From NCBI RefSeq assembly GCF_013167455.1, contig NZ_CP038328.1: a stretch of DNA of 64,000 nt. One strand, written 5' to 3'. Below, in pieces: positions 44,562-54,911 of this stretch. Under the pieces are notes generated by a model. It had not been told where the DNA came from. It made no database searches and saw only the letters and a program-made list of their open reading frames with translations. Each line of letters begins with the position of its first letter. The first letter of the stretch is position 1. Both the position numbers and the translations under genes were made by a program. The DNA is from Escherichia coli O157:H7. GTDB lineage: Bacteria > Pseudomonadota > Gammaproteobacteria > Enterobacterales > Enterobacteriaceae.

Positions 44562-44610
44562 ACTGGATTGCTCCAGTATTGTGAATGAACGGTAACGCAA
44601 TAAAACATAT

Positions 44611-45927
44611 TTACTGCAATTCTTTGGCCGGTTCTTTTACGTACAACAACGCCAACATCGACAGCAACGTGCCTCCACCCAGATACCACGCCGGAGCCGT
44701 CAAACTATCCAGCAACACGATGGATTGCGTAGCGAAATATTGAGCAAAACCGCCAAAGATTGCCACACCAATGCTATAAACCAGCGCAAAACCCAATGCC
44801 CGAATCCGTTTCGGCAACAGTTCAGAGATCAACAACATCACTGGCACACCGCCAAGCGTGGTAAAGCTGACCATCACGAAAACCACCGTCAGCAACATGC
44901 CTGGGCTTGGGTAATTCACCAACAGCCAGAATGACGGCCAGCTACAGATCAGCACCATCACACGGGAGATTAAAATCAGCTTTTTACGCCCGACCGAATC
45001 GCACAACATCCCCACCAGCAGCGCACCCACAAACGTAATAACGCCCGCCAGTAACATCGCTGCATGAGAATAGTTTTGGTTCATTCCTAAATACTTCGCC
45101 GCCCATGTACCGTAATAAAAGAGGGAGATATAGGTTGCGACTGTACTACCAATAGCGAGCAAGATACCGTTAGCGATAGTCGCTTTATGTTGCATAAGTA
45201 AGGAGAAGGCGCTTTCGCTGGCTGCGGCCTTCTTATTATGTGCTGGCTCAGGAACATCATTTTCCAGACTCAAACGCAACCAACAGCCGACAGGCGCTAA
45301 TAACACGCCAATAAAAAACGGCACACGCCAGCCCCATTCAGCCATGACGGTTTCTGAACCGGTCGCAAAGGGCAGCCATGCACTTAAACCTAAAGCGACA
45401 ACACCTCCAAAAGTTGTTGCCAGGCCTTGAGTCGCCAGTGACCAACTGCTGTAAAAACCGCGACGATTTGCCGGAGCTGATTCAACCAACAAAGACATTG
45501 AGGCACCGACTTCGCCTCCTGCCGCAACGCCCTGAATTAGACGCGCTAGCACCAGCGTCGCGGTTCCCCAATAGCCCGCCGTTTCATACGTCGGTGCGAT
45601 GCCGATCATCAGTGTACCAAGACTCATCAGCGCAATGGTGAACACCATCGCGGGTTTGCGTCCGAAACGATCGGCCCAGGCCCCCACAATAATGCCGCCG
45701 AGCGGGCGCATAAAAAAGCTCACGCCGAAAGTGGCAAACGCCAGCAGTAGCGCGACGTTTTTATCTGCACTGGGCGGAAAAAATAGCGTGCTGATATAGA
45801 CCACAAAAAAGTTGTAAACGCCAAAATCAAAAAATTCGAGCGCATTGCCAAACGCCGAGGCAAAAATCACCCGCCTGCCGCTGGGCTTTTTCTTCACACT
45901 CACGGTTTCATTTACGATCGCCGTCAT
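44611..45927 (-). CDS. MFS transporter, metabolite:H+ symporter (MHS) type, 438 aa; accessory
   Basis: ORF track; multiple TM helices; MFS signature [10 protein letters not shown] between TM2 and TM3; AAGGAA SD upstream; 42-bp gap from the upstream hydrolase gene. Confidence 0.85.
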
Positions 45928-45969
45928 TCCATGTTCCTTGCCAAAAAGTGTTGTTGTGTGTTGTTTTAT

Positions 45970-47136
45970 TTATTGCAGCCAGGCTTCTACCAGTGCGCCC
46001 CAGTAGCTGCTTGCCGGGACCAGACTTGCATCGTTGAAGTCGTAACCCGGGTTATGCACCATGCAGGAACCTTCCCCGACATCGCCATTACCGAATAACA
46101 GGAAACCGCCTTTGGGTTGGGCTTCCAGCATGAAAGAGAAATCTTCACTGCCCATCAGGGGCTTGATGCCAAACTCGGCCCGATCTTCACCAAACGTTTT
46201 ACACGCCACCTGCCAGGCGAAGCGCGCCATCTCCTCGTCATTTACTAATACTGGTGTACCGTTAACATGCGTAACCTCAGCCGTAGCGCCAAAGCTGGCA
46301 GCCTGGGCTTGTGCCAGAGCAGGAATACGGGTCAGAAGAAGTTGTCGGGTATCGCGGCTAAGAGAGCGGACGCTGATTTTCATCTCAGCACTGTCAGGAA
46401 TGACGTTAGCCGCCTCACCCGCAACAATGCTGCCGACGGTAATTACCGCCGCTTCCAGCGGATCGACATTGCGTGACACAATGCTTTGTAATGCGGTGGT
46501 GATATGTGCGGCAACTAGCACCGGATCGATGGCTTTGTGCGGGATCGCACCGTGTCCGCCACAACCACGAACTGTAATATGGAACTGATCCATTGACGCC
46601 ATCAGTGCCCCTGGCTGGAAATAAAACTTACCCACCGGCAGACCGGGCATGTTATGCATGCCGAAAATGACATCGCAGGGGAAATGATCAAAAAGCCCCT
46701 CTTTAACCATGATCTCACCGCCATTAATCATCTCTTCCGCAGGCTGGAAGATAAGACGTAACGTGCCGTTAAAACGGCGGGTTTCGGCAAAATAACGCGC
46801 GGCCCCCAGCAGTATGGTGGTATGCCCGTCATGCCCGCAGGCGTGCATTAAACCAGGATGTTTACTGGCCCAGGGCTTGCCACTATTTTCATAAATCGGC
46901 AGCGCATCCATATCCGCCCGCAGGCCAATACTTTTCTCTCCGTCGCCCACTTTTAACGTGGCCACTATCCCCGTCGTCGCCAGTCCTTGCTCTACTTCAT
47001 AGCCCCACTGACGCAGCTTTTCCGCAACCAAAGCACTGGTTTTAAATTCTTGTAATCCCAGCTCCGGGTTTTCGTGGATCTGATGGCGGATCTCACGCAG
47101 TTCTTCCTCAAACCCTCGAATATAGTGTTCGATCAT
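45970..47136 (-). CDS. M20D-family amidohydrolase (hippurate-hydrolase / N-acyl-amino-acid amidohydrolase-like), 388 aa; accessory
   Basis: ORF track; metal-binding motif ACGHDGH, QPAEE, GMHNMP; AAGGAA SD 6 nt upstream of the ATG. Confidence 0.85.
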   Translation of the reverse strand: MIEHYIRGFEEELREIRHQIHENPELGLQEFKTSALVAEKLRQWGYEVEQGLATTGIVATLKVGDGEKSIGLRADMDALPIYENSGKPWASKHPGLMHACGHDGHTTILLGAARYFAETRRFNGTLRLIFQPAEEMINGGEIMVKEGLFDHFPCDVIFGMHNMPGLPVGKFYFQPGALMASMDQFHITVRGCGGHGAIPHKAIDPVLVAAHITTALQSIVSRNVDPLEAAVITVGSIVAGEAANVIPDSAEMKISVRSLSRDTRQLLLTRIPALAQAQAASFGATAEVTHVNGTPVLVNDEEMARFAWQVACKTFGEDRAEFGIKPLMGSEDFSFMLEAQPKGGFLLFGNGDVGEGSCMVHNPGYDFNDASLVPASSYWGALVEAWLQ

Positions 47137-47465
47137 CGGCTATTCCTTTATTCACTTATAAACAGGCTAATTAACGGATTTTATTGATGGTGTAAATACA
47201 AATAACTCATCAATATAAAATATTTATATGTTTGTTTTATAAGAAGATTTCACAAAGACAATAACAAAAAAGCACGCTTCGGCAAGATAAAACTATCAGC
47301 CATAATAAAAAGCGATTAATAGTGAATAAATGGGTTAAGAAGGAGGCAGACAAAGCAAAGGCCGCTCACGCTATAGCCAGATTAATGACGGGGATCAATT
47401 GGCTTACCCGCGATAAAATGTTACCATTCTGTTGCTTTTATGTATAAGAACAGGTAAGCCCTACC

Positions 47466-48866
47466 ATGCCACATTCCTACGATTACGATGCCATAGTAAT
47501 AGGTTCCGGCCCCGGCGGCGAAGGCGCTGCAATGGGCCTGGTTAAGCAAGGTGCGCGCGTCGCAGTTATCGAGCGTTATCAAAATGTTGGCGGCGGTTGC
47601 ACCCACTGGGGCACCATCCCGTCGAAAGCTCTCCGTCACGCCGTCAGCCGCATTATAGAATTCAATCAAAACCCACTATACAGCGACCATTCCCGACTGC
47701 TCCGCTCTTCTTTTGCCGATATCCTTAACCATGCCGATAACGTGATTAATCAACAAACGCGCATGCGTCAGGGATTTTACGAACGTAATCACTGTGAAAT
47801 ATTGCAGGGGAACGCTCGCTTTGTTGACGAGCATACGTTGGCGCTGGATTGCCCGGACGGCAGCGTTGAAACACTAACCGCTGAAAAATTTGTTATTGCC
47901 TGCGGCTCTCGTCCATATCATCCAACAGATGTTGATTTCACCCATCCACGCATTTACGACAGCGACTCAATTCTCAGCATGCACCACGAACCGCGCCATG
48001 TACTTATCTATGGTGCTGGAGTGATCGGCTGTGAATATGCGTCGATCTTCCGCGGTATGGATGTAAAAGTGGATCTGATCAACACCCGCGATCGCCTGCT
48101 GGCATTTCTCGATCAAGAGATGTCAGATTCTCTCTCCTATCACTTCTGGAACAGTGGCGTAGTGATTCGTCACAACGAAGAGTACGAGAAGATCGAAGGC
48201 TGTGACGACGGTGTGATCATGCATCTGAAGTCGGGTAAAAAACTGAAAGCTGACTGCCTGCTCTATGCCAACGGTCGTACCGGTAATACCGATTCGCTGG
48301 CGTTACAGAACATTGGGCTGGAAACTGACAGTCGCGGACAGCTGAAGGTCAACAGCATGTATCAGACCGCACAGCCGCACGTTTACGCGGTGGGCGACGT
48401 GATTGGTTATCCGAGCCTGGCATCAGCGGCCTATGACCAGGGGCGCATTGCCGCGCAGGCGCTGGTAAAAGGCGAAGCCACCGCGCATCTGATTGAAGAT
48501 ATCCCTACCGGCATTTACACCATCCCGGAAATCAGCTCTGTGGGCAAAACCGAACAGCAGCTGACCGCGATGAAAGTGCCATATGAAGTGGGCCGCGCCC
48601 AGTTCAAACATCTGGCACGTGCACAAATCGTCGGCATGAACGTGGGCACGCTGAAAATTTTGTTCCATCGGGAAACAAAAGAGATTCTGGGCATTCACTG
48701 CTTTGGCGAGCGCGCTGCCGAAATTATTCATATCGGTCAGGCGATTATGGAACAGAAAGGTGGCGGCAACACTATTGAGTACTTCGTCAACACCACCTTT
48801 AACTACCCGACGATGGCGGAAGCCTATCGGGTAGCTGCGTTAAACGGTTTAAACCGCCTGTTTTAA
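47466..48866 (+). CDS. sthA: soluble pyridine nucleotide transhydrogenase, 466 aa
   Basis: ORF track; [27 protein letters not shown]-binding N-terminus. Confidence 0.96.
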
Positions 48867-49766
48867 CACTTTATCGAAATGGCCATCCATTCTTGCGCGG
48901 ATGGCCTCTGCCAGCTGCTCATAGCGGCTGCGCAGCGGTGAGCCAGGACGATAAACCAGGCCAATAGTGCGGCGTGGTTCCGGCTTAATGCACGGCAGAT
49001 AAACAACCCCATCGCGTTTGCGCTCCGGCGGCACAGCCAGCGCTGGCAGTAAAGTGATCCCGCTACCTGCCGCCACCATGTTGCGCAGCGTCTCCAGGCT
49101 GGTCGCGCGGAAGTGTGTATCTTCATCCGCCCCGGCTTCAAAGCAAAAACCCATTGCCTGATCGCGCAAACAGTGACCATCTTCCAGCATCAGCAGTTTT
49201 TCCCCTGCCAGATCGGCCATCGGTACGCATTCGCGGTTCGCCCACGGGTGGTCTTCATAGATAGCCAGCAACATTGGCTCATCAAACAACGGCACTTCAA
49301 TGAATGCTTCGCTCTCTTTCACCAGCGCGAGGATCACGCAATCGAGTTTGCCGCTGTCCAGTTGCGCCAGTAACTGGTGGGTCTGTGCTTCATGCAGATA
49401 CATTTCCAGCTTTGGAAAGGTCTGGTGCAGCATCGGGATAATATGCGGTAGCAGGTACGGTCCAACCGTGGGAATCAAACCAATATGCAGCGGTCCGGAC
49501 ATCGTCTCGCCCTGCTGGCTTGCCATCTCTTTAAGGACTTTCACCTCACGCAGCACGGTACGCGCCTGATCCACCAGCAGCATTCCCGCCTGGGTGAACA
49601 ACACTTTACGGCTGGTCCGCTCCAGCAACATCACGCCCAGCTCATCTTCCAGCTTACGAATTTGCCCGCTAAGCGTCGGCTGGCTAACGTGGCAGGAATC
49701 TGCCGCACGCCGAAAATGGCGGTGTTCAGCCAATGCCACCAGGTACTCAAGATCACGAATATTCAT
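48849..49766 (-). CDS. oxyR: LysR-family peroxide-sensing transcriptional regulator, 305 aa
   Basis: Canonical start [22 protein letters not shown] at 49766 (the ORF-track start at 49796 is an upstream extension); 3' end overlaps sthA by 18 bp. Confidence 0.96.
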   Translation of the reverse strand: MNIRDLEYLVALAEHRHFRRAADSCHVSQPTLSGQIRKLEDELGVMLLERTSRKVLFTQAGMLLVDQARTVLREVKVLKEMASQQGETMSGPLHIGLIPTVGPYLLPHIIPMLHQTFPKLEMYLHEAQTHQLLAQLDSGKLDCVILALVKESEAFIEVPLFDEPMLLAIYEDHPWANRECVPMADLAGEKLLMLEDGHCLRDQAMGFCFEAGADEDTHFRATSLETLRNMVAAGSGITLLPALAVPPERKRDGVVYLPCIKPEPRRTIGLVYRPGSPLRSRYEQLAEAIRARMDGHFDKVLKQAV

Positions 49767-49860
49767 TATCCATCCTCCATCGCCACGATAGTTCATGGCG
49801 ATAGGTAGAATAGCAATGAACGATTATCCCTATCAAGCATTCTGACTGATAATTGCTCAC
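49767..49860. promoter_or_regulatory. divergent oxyR/oxyS promoter region with OxyR-binding ATAG-type repeats
   Basis: GATAGgtagaATAGcaatgaacGATtATcccTATC read from sequence between the oxyR start and the oxyS 5' end. Confidence 0.65.
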
Positions 49861-49975
49861 AGAAACGGAGCGGCACCTCTTTTAACCCTTGAAGTCACTG
49901 CCCGTTTCGAGAGTTTCTCAACTCGAATAACTAAAGCCAACGTGAACTTTTGCGGATCTCCAGGATCCGCTTTTT
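49861..49975 (+). ncRNA. oxyS: OxyS small regulatory RNA
   Basis: GAAACGGAGCGGCACCTCTTTTAACCCTTGAAGTCACTGCCCGTTTCGAGAGTTTCTCAACTCGAATAACTAAAGCCAACGTGAACTTTTGCGGATCTCCAGGATCCGC plus T8 terminator matches OxyS as I remember it. Confidence 0.9.
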
Positions 49976-50032
49976 TTTGCCATAAAAAAGCCCGGCGATA
50001 AGCCAGGCTCAAATTTGTACATATAAATGTTC

Positions 50033-51406
50033 TTACCCCAACCGCGCCCTTGCAAAAGCAATCGCCTGCGCCACCTGCTGTGGTGAGACGCCGCCTTTTG
50101 CCGCACGCTTGTCGAGGCACGATTGCAGCGACAGAATCGGATAGACATCTTCACCAATCACCGGACTAAATTTCTGCAACTCGGTGAGCGGCAGCTCCTC
50201 CAGCGGTTTGCCCTGACGAATGGCTTCCACCACAGCTTCACCCACAATATGGTGTGCCTCGCGGAACGGCACACCTTTCGCCACCAGATAATCCGCCAGT
50301 TCAGTGGCGTTCGCGTAACCCTGTTGCGCCGCTTCCTGGCAACGCGGGCGTTTCACCTGAATGCCGTCCAGCACCAGCGCCGCCATATGCAGGCAGTCCA
50401 ACCAGGTATCGAGCGCGTCGAACAGACCTTCTTTGTCTTCCTGCATATCTTTGTTGTAAGCCAGCGGCAAACCTTTCAGCGTCATCATCATGCCGGTTAA
50501 CGCGCCCTGCACCCGACCGCATTTACCGCGAATCAGCTCCAGCGCATCCGGGTTTTTCTTCTGCGGCATTAATGATGAACCGGAAGTCACGCGGTCAGAA
50601 AGCTCCACAAACCCCGCTTCGCCGGTGTTAAAGAAAATCAGATCTTCAGCAAAACGCGACAGATGCACCATGCCGATAGCGGCAGCAGAAAGCAGTTCCA
50701 GCACGTGGTCACGGTCAGAAACGCTGTCGAGACTGTTACGGGTTGCTGAAGCAAATCCCAGCCAGCCCGCTAACTGTTCACGGTCGATTTCATAAGCCGT
50801 TCCCGCCAGCGCGCCACAACCTAACGGGCTGACATCCAGACGCTTAAGCGCATCCTGCAAACGGCTTTCATCACGCGCCAGCATCTCAACATAGGCCAGG
50901 CACCAGTGCGCGAACGTCACCGGCTGGGCGCGTTGCAGGTGAGTGTAACCTGGCATGACCGCGTCCTGATTGTTTTGTGCGGTTTCCACCAGCGCCGATT
51001 GCAGCTGCCGGTTAGCCGTCAGTAACTCACTAACGGTATCTTTGCACCACAGTTTCAGGTCAGTCGCTACCTGATCATTACGACTACGCCCGGTATGCAG
51101 CTTTTTGCCTAACTGGCCCACTTTGTCGATCAGTTTGCCTTCCACCCAGCTATGGATATCTTCGGCGTCGCTTTCAAGGATTTGTTGTGGCCTGGCGCGA
51201 ACATCTTCCAGCAGCACGTTCAGCGCCTCTTCCAGTTGCGCCTGCTCTTCTGCGGTTAACACGCCGACCGTGACCAAGGCTTTGGACCAGGCCACAGAGC
51301 CAACAATATCCTGCTCCGCCAGACGGTAATCAAAGCGCAGTGAGTCGTTGAATTGTTTGAACCGTTGATCTGCTGCCTGGGTAAAACGCCCGCCCCAAAG
51401 TGCCAT
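50033..51406 (-). CDS. argH: argininosuccinate lyase, 457 aa
   Basis: ORF track; [38 protein letters not shown]-terminus. Confidence 0.96.
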   Translation of the reverse strand: MALWGGRFTQAADQRFKQFNDSLRFDYRLAEQDIVGSVAWSKALVTVGVLTAEEQAQLEEALNVLLEDVRARPQQILESDAEDIHSWVEGKLIDKVGQLGKKLHTGRSRNDQVATDLKLWCKDTVSELLTANRQLQSALVETAQNNQDAVMPGYTHLQRAQPVTFAHWCLAYVEMLARDESRLQDALKRLDVSPLGCGALAGTAYEIDREQLAGWLGFASATRNSLDSVSDRDHVLELLSAAAIGMVHLSRFAEDLIFFNTGEAGFVELSDRVTSGSSLMPQKKNPDALELIRGKCGRVQGALTGMMMTLKGLPLAYNKDMQEDKEGLFDALDTWLDCLHMAALVLDGIQVKRPRCQEAAQQGYANATELADYLVAKGVPFREAHHIVGEAVVEAIRQGKPLEELPLTELQKFSPVIGEDVYPILSLQSCLDKRAAKGGVSPQQVAQAIAFARARLG

Positions 51407-51466
51407 AACTCTGTTTCCTTATTTTGAAATTCAATGCCGGAAAGCTGCGCCTCCGGCCAACAAAAC

Positions 51467-52243
51467 TTAAGCTAAAATCCGCGTACCCATCGGCATACCG
51501 TTAAACAGTGCCGGAAGCTGCTCCGCATGACGCCAGGAGGCGATATCTACCGGACGGCCCAACGTGCGCGCAGCATCCAGCGCCGCGTTCACTTTCACTA
51601 TCATGCCGTCAGTAATAATGCCCTGCTCAATCAGTTGTTCTGCTTTCGCGGCGGTCATTTCGGCAATGCGTTGCCCTTTGCCGTCGAGAATGCCACTGAC
51701 GTCGGAGAGCAAAATCAGATCCGCGCCCAGCGTTGCCGCCAGCGCCGTTGCCGCCTGGTCGGCATTGACGTTCATCAGTTGCCCTTCGTCTGTTACGCCA
51801 ATGGAGCTGACCACCGGCAGATAACCGTTCTCCAGCAAGGAGTTGATAAGCTTAGGCGAACCTGGCTGCGCCAGTCCAACATGACCTAACTCTTCATCAA
51901 GCTGGGTCACTTTGACGCTGTCGCCGTCACCGAGAAACAAACCTACGGCCGCAATCTGATGTTTCTTCGCCCATGCCAACAGGGTTTTATTTGCCGTTCC
52001 CGCCAGTGCTCCGGTGATAATGTCAATCTGATCAGCAGGCGTCACCCGCAGGCCATTTTTCTTTTTCACCGGCAGATTCAGCCCTTTCATCAGCTCATCC
52101 ACCACGCAACCGCCGCCGTGCACAATCACCAGCGGACGCTGATGTGACTCACGATAATTCACCAGTGCGCTAAACAGACGTTCCAGCGCCTCTTCACTAT
52201 CCAGCAGTACGCCACCCAGTTTGATAATTAATGGATTCATCAT
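51467..52243 (-). CDS. argB: acetylglutamate kinase, 258 aa
   Basis: Start [14 protein letters not shown] at 52243 (the ORF-track start at 52276 is an upstream extension). Confidence 0.95.
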
Positions 52244-52250
52244 TGCACCC

Positions 52251-53255
52251 TTAAATAAGAGACTGCGTTTCCGCATAGCCGAAACGAATATTGGCGCACT
52301 GTACCGCTTGTGCCGCCGCGCCTTTCAGTAAGTTGTCTTCGGTCGCCACAATAATCAGATGTTCGCCCTGAACGGCAAACCCGATATCGCAAAATGGTAG
52401 CCCAACGACATTTTTCAGCGCCGGAACGCCTTTGTCATACAGCCGCACCAGCGGTTTATGGGCATACGCCTGCTGTAACGCTTGCGCCACTTGCGCCTGG
52501 GTCACACCCGGTTTCAGGCGGCAGGTAATGGTTTCGAGAATGCCGCGCGGGAAATTGCCCAGATGCGGGGTGAAGATAACGTCAGCACCGAGGTGTGTGG
52601 CGATCTCTGGTTGATGGCGATGGGTAAAGACGCCATACGGTTGCAGGCTAACTTCACAAAAACTATTTGAAATCGCTGCCTTACGTCCTGCACCGCTCAC
52701 GCCGCTGGTGGCGTTGATCACCGGCCACTGATTGAGGTCAAGAAGATCGGCATCAATCAACGGTTTCAGCGCCAACTGTGCTGCCGTCGGATAACAGCCT
52801 GGCACCGCAATCAAATTCGCTTCTTTTAATTTATTACCGCACCACTCCGCCAGACCGTAGGCTGCCTGTTCCAGCAGTTCCGGGTATTGATGGGTAAAGC
52901 CGTAATATTTTTCATAGAAGGTGGCGTCGTTAACACGAAACGCGCCGGAAAGGTCGAACACCACGCAGCCCGCGTCAAGAAACTGCGGCGCTAAATCGTG
53001 GCTAACTTCATGGGCGGTGGCGAGAAACACCACGTCCACCCCAGGGCTAAACTCGCTGATATCCGACATCGGCTGCAACGGCAGATCAACGATGCCTTTT
53101 AGCTGCGGATGCAAATCGGAGATTAACTTTCCCGCATCATTGCTTTGCGCTGAAACAGTCAAAGCGGTTATGTTCATATGCGGATGGCGATTTACACAGG
53201 TCACTAGCTCTGCGCCAGCGTAGCCGCTGGCACCCACAATCAGCGTATTCAACAT
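52251..53255 (-). CDS. argC: N-acetyl-gamma-glutamyl-phosphate reductase, 334 aa
   Basis: ORF track; [18 protein letters not shown]-terminus; 7-bp gap to argB. Confidence 0.95.
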
Positions 53256-53342
53256 CGGGGCTATTCACCTTCTTATGTCTGGTTGCCAGGTTAAACGTAA
53301 AACATTCACCTTACGGCTGGTGGGTTTTATTACGCTCAACGT

Positions 53343-53382
53343 TAGTGTATTTTTATTCATAAATACTGCATGAATATTGATA
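53343..53382. promoter_or_regulatory. tandem ARG boxes (ArgR operator) in the divergent argCBH/argE control region
   Basis: GTGTATTTTTATTCATAA and ACTGCATGAATATTGATA approximate the TnTGAATwwwwATTCAnw consensus. Confidence 0.6.
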
Positions 53383-53408
53383 CTATCATGACCAGAGGTG
53401 TGTCAACA

Positions 53409-54560
53409 ATGAAAAACAAATTACCGCCATTTATCGAGATTTACCGTGCTCTGATTGCCACACCTTCAATAAGCGCCACGGAAGAGGCACTCGATCAAAG
53501 CAATGCAGATTTAATCACTCTGCTGGCGGACTGGTTTAAAGATTTAGGCTTCAATGTGGAAGTGCAGCCTGTACCAGGAACTCGCAACAAATTTAATATG
53601 CTGGCAAGTACCGGACAGGGGGCTGGCGGCTTGTTGCTGGCGGGGCATACCGATACGGTGCCATTTGATGACGGTCGCTGGACGCGCGATCCGTTTACAC
53701 TGACGGAGCATGACGGCAAGCTTTACGGCTTAGGCACCGCCGACATGAAAGGCTTTTTTGCGTTTATCCTTGATGCGCTACGCGATGTCGACGTCACGAA
53801 ACTGAAAAAACCGCTCTACATTCTGGCGACTGCTGATGAAGAAACCAGTATGGCCGGAGCGCGTTATTTTGCCGAAACTACCGCCCTGCGCCCGGATTGC
53901 GCCATCATTGGCGAACCGACGTCACTACAACCGGTACGCGCACATAAAGGTCATATCTCTAACGCCATCCGTATTCAGGGCCAGTCGGGGCACTCCAGCG
54001 ATCCAGCACGCGGAGTTAACGCTATAGAACTAATGCACGACGCCATCGGGCATATTTTGCAATTGCGCGATAACCTGAAAGAACGTTATCACTACGAAGC
54101 GTTTACCGTGCCATACCCTACGCTCAACCTCGGGCATATTCACGGTGGCGACGCTTCTAACCGTATTTGCGCTTGGTGTGAGTTGCATATGGATATTCGT
54201 CCGCTGCCTGGCATGACACTCAATGAACTTAATGGTTTGCTCAACGATGCATTGGCTCCGGTGAGCGAACGCTGGCCGGGTCGTCTGACGGTCGACGAGC
54301 TGCATCCGCCGATCCCTGGCTATGAATGCCCACCGAATCATCAACTGGTTGAAGTGGTTGAGAAATTGCTCGGAGCAAAAACCGAAGTGGTGAATTACTG
54401 TACCGAAGCGCCGTTTATTCAAACGTTATGCCCGACGCTGGTTCTGGGGCCTGGCTCAATTAATCAGGCTCATCAGCCTGATGAATATCTGGAAACACGG
54501 TTTATCAAGCCCACCCGCGAACTGATAACCCAGGTCATTCACCATTTTTGCTGGCATTAA
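53409..54560 (+). CDS. argE: acetylornithine deacetylase (M20 family), 383 aa
   Basis: Start [22 protein letters not shown] at 53409 (the ORF-track start at 53370 is an upstream extension). Confidence 0.95.
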   Translation: MKNKLPPFIEIYRALIATPSISATEEALDQSNADLITLLADWFKDLGFNVEVQPVPGTRNKFNMLASTGQGAGGLLLAGHTDTVPFDDGRWTRDPFTLTEHDGKLYGLGTADMKGFFAFILDALRDVDVTKLKKPLYILATADEETSMAGARYFAETTALRPDCAIIGEPTSLQPVRAHKGHISNAIRIQGQSGHSSDPARGVNAIELMHDAIGHILQLRDNLKERYHYEAFTVPYPTLNLGHIHGGDASNRICAWCELHMDIRPLPGMTLNELNGLLNDALAPVSERWPGRLTVDELHPPIPGYECPPNHQLVEVVEKLLGAKTEVVNYCTEAPFIQTLCPTLVLGPGSINQAHQPDEYLETRFIKPTRELITQVIHHFCWH

Positions 54561-54566
54561 AACGTA

Positions 54567-54665
54567 GGCCGAATAAGGCGCTTGCGCCGCATCCGGCACT
54601 GTTGCCAAACTCCAGTGCCGCAATAATGTCGGATGCGATGCTTGCACATCTTATCCGACCTACAC
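54567..54665. repeat. REP/BIME palindromic repeats
   Basis: AGGCCGAATAAGGCGCTTGCGCCGCATCCGGCA and GTCGGATGCGATGCTTGCACATCTTATCCGACCTACA resemble the REP consensus. Confidence 0.7.
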
Positions 54666-54911
54666 CTTTGGTGTTACTTGAGGCGATTTTTTAACATTCC
54701 CATAAGTTACGCTTATTTAAAGCGTCGTGAATTTAATGACGTAAATTCCTGCTATTTATTCGTTTGCTGAAGCGATTTCGCAGCATTTGACGTCACCGCT
54801 TTTACGTGGCTTTATAAAAGACGACGAAAAGCAAAGCCCGAGCATATTCGCGCCAATGCGACGTGAAGGATACAGGGCTATCAAACGATAAGATGGGGTG
54901 TCTGGGGTAAT

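Noticed and set aside
54561-54911. argE-ppc spacer (351 bp) possibly shorter than in K-12
   Set aside because: The region is made of REP/BIME repeats, whose copy number varies between strains; my reference value is uncertain.
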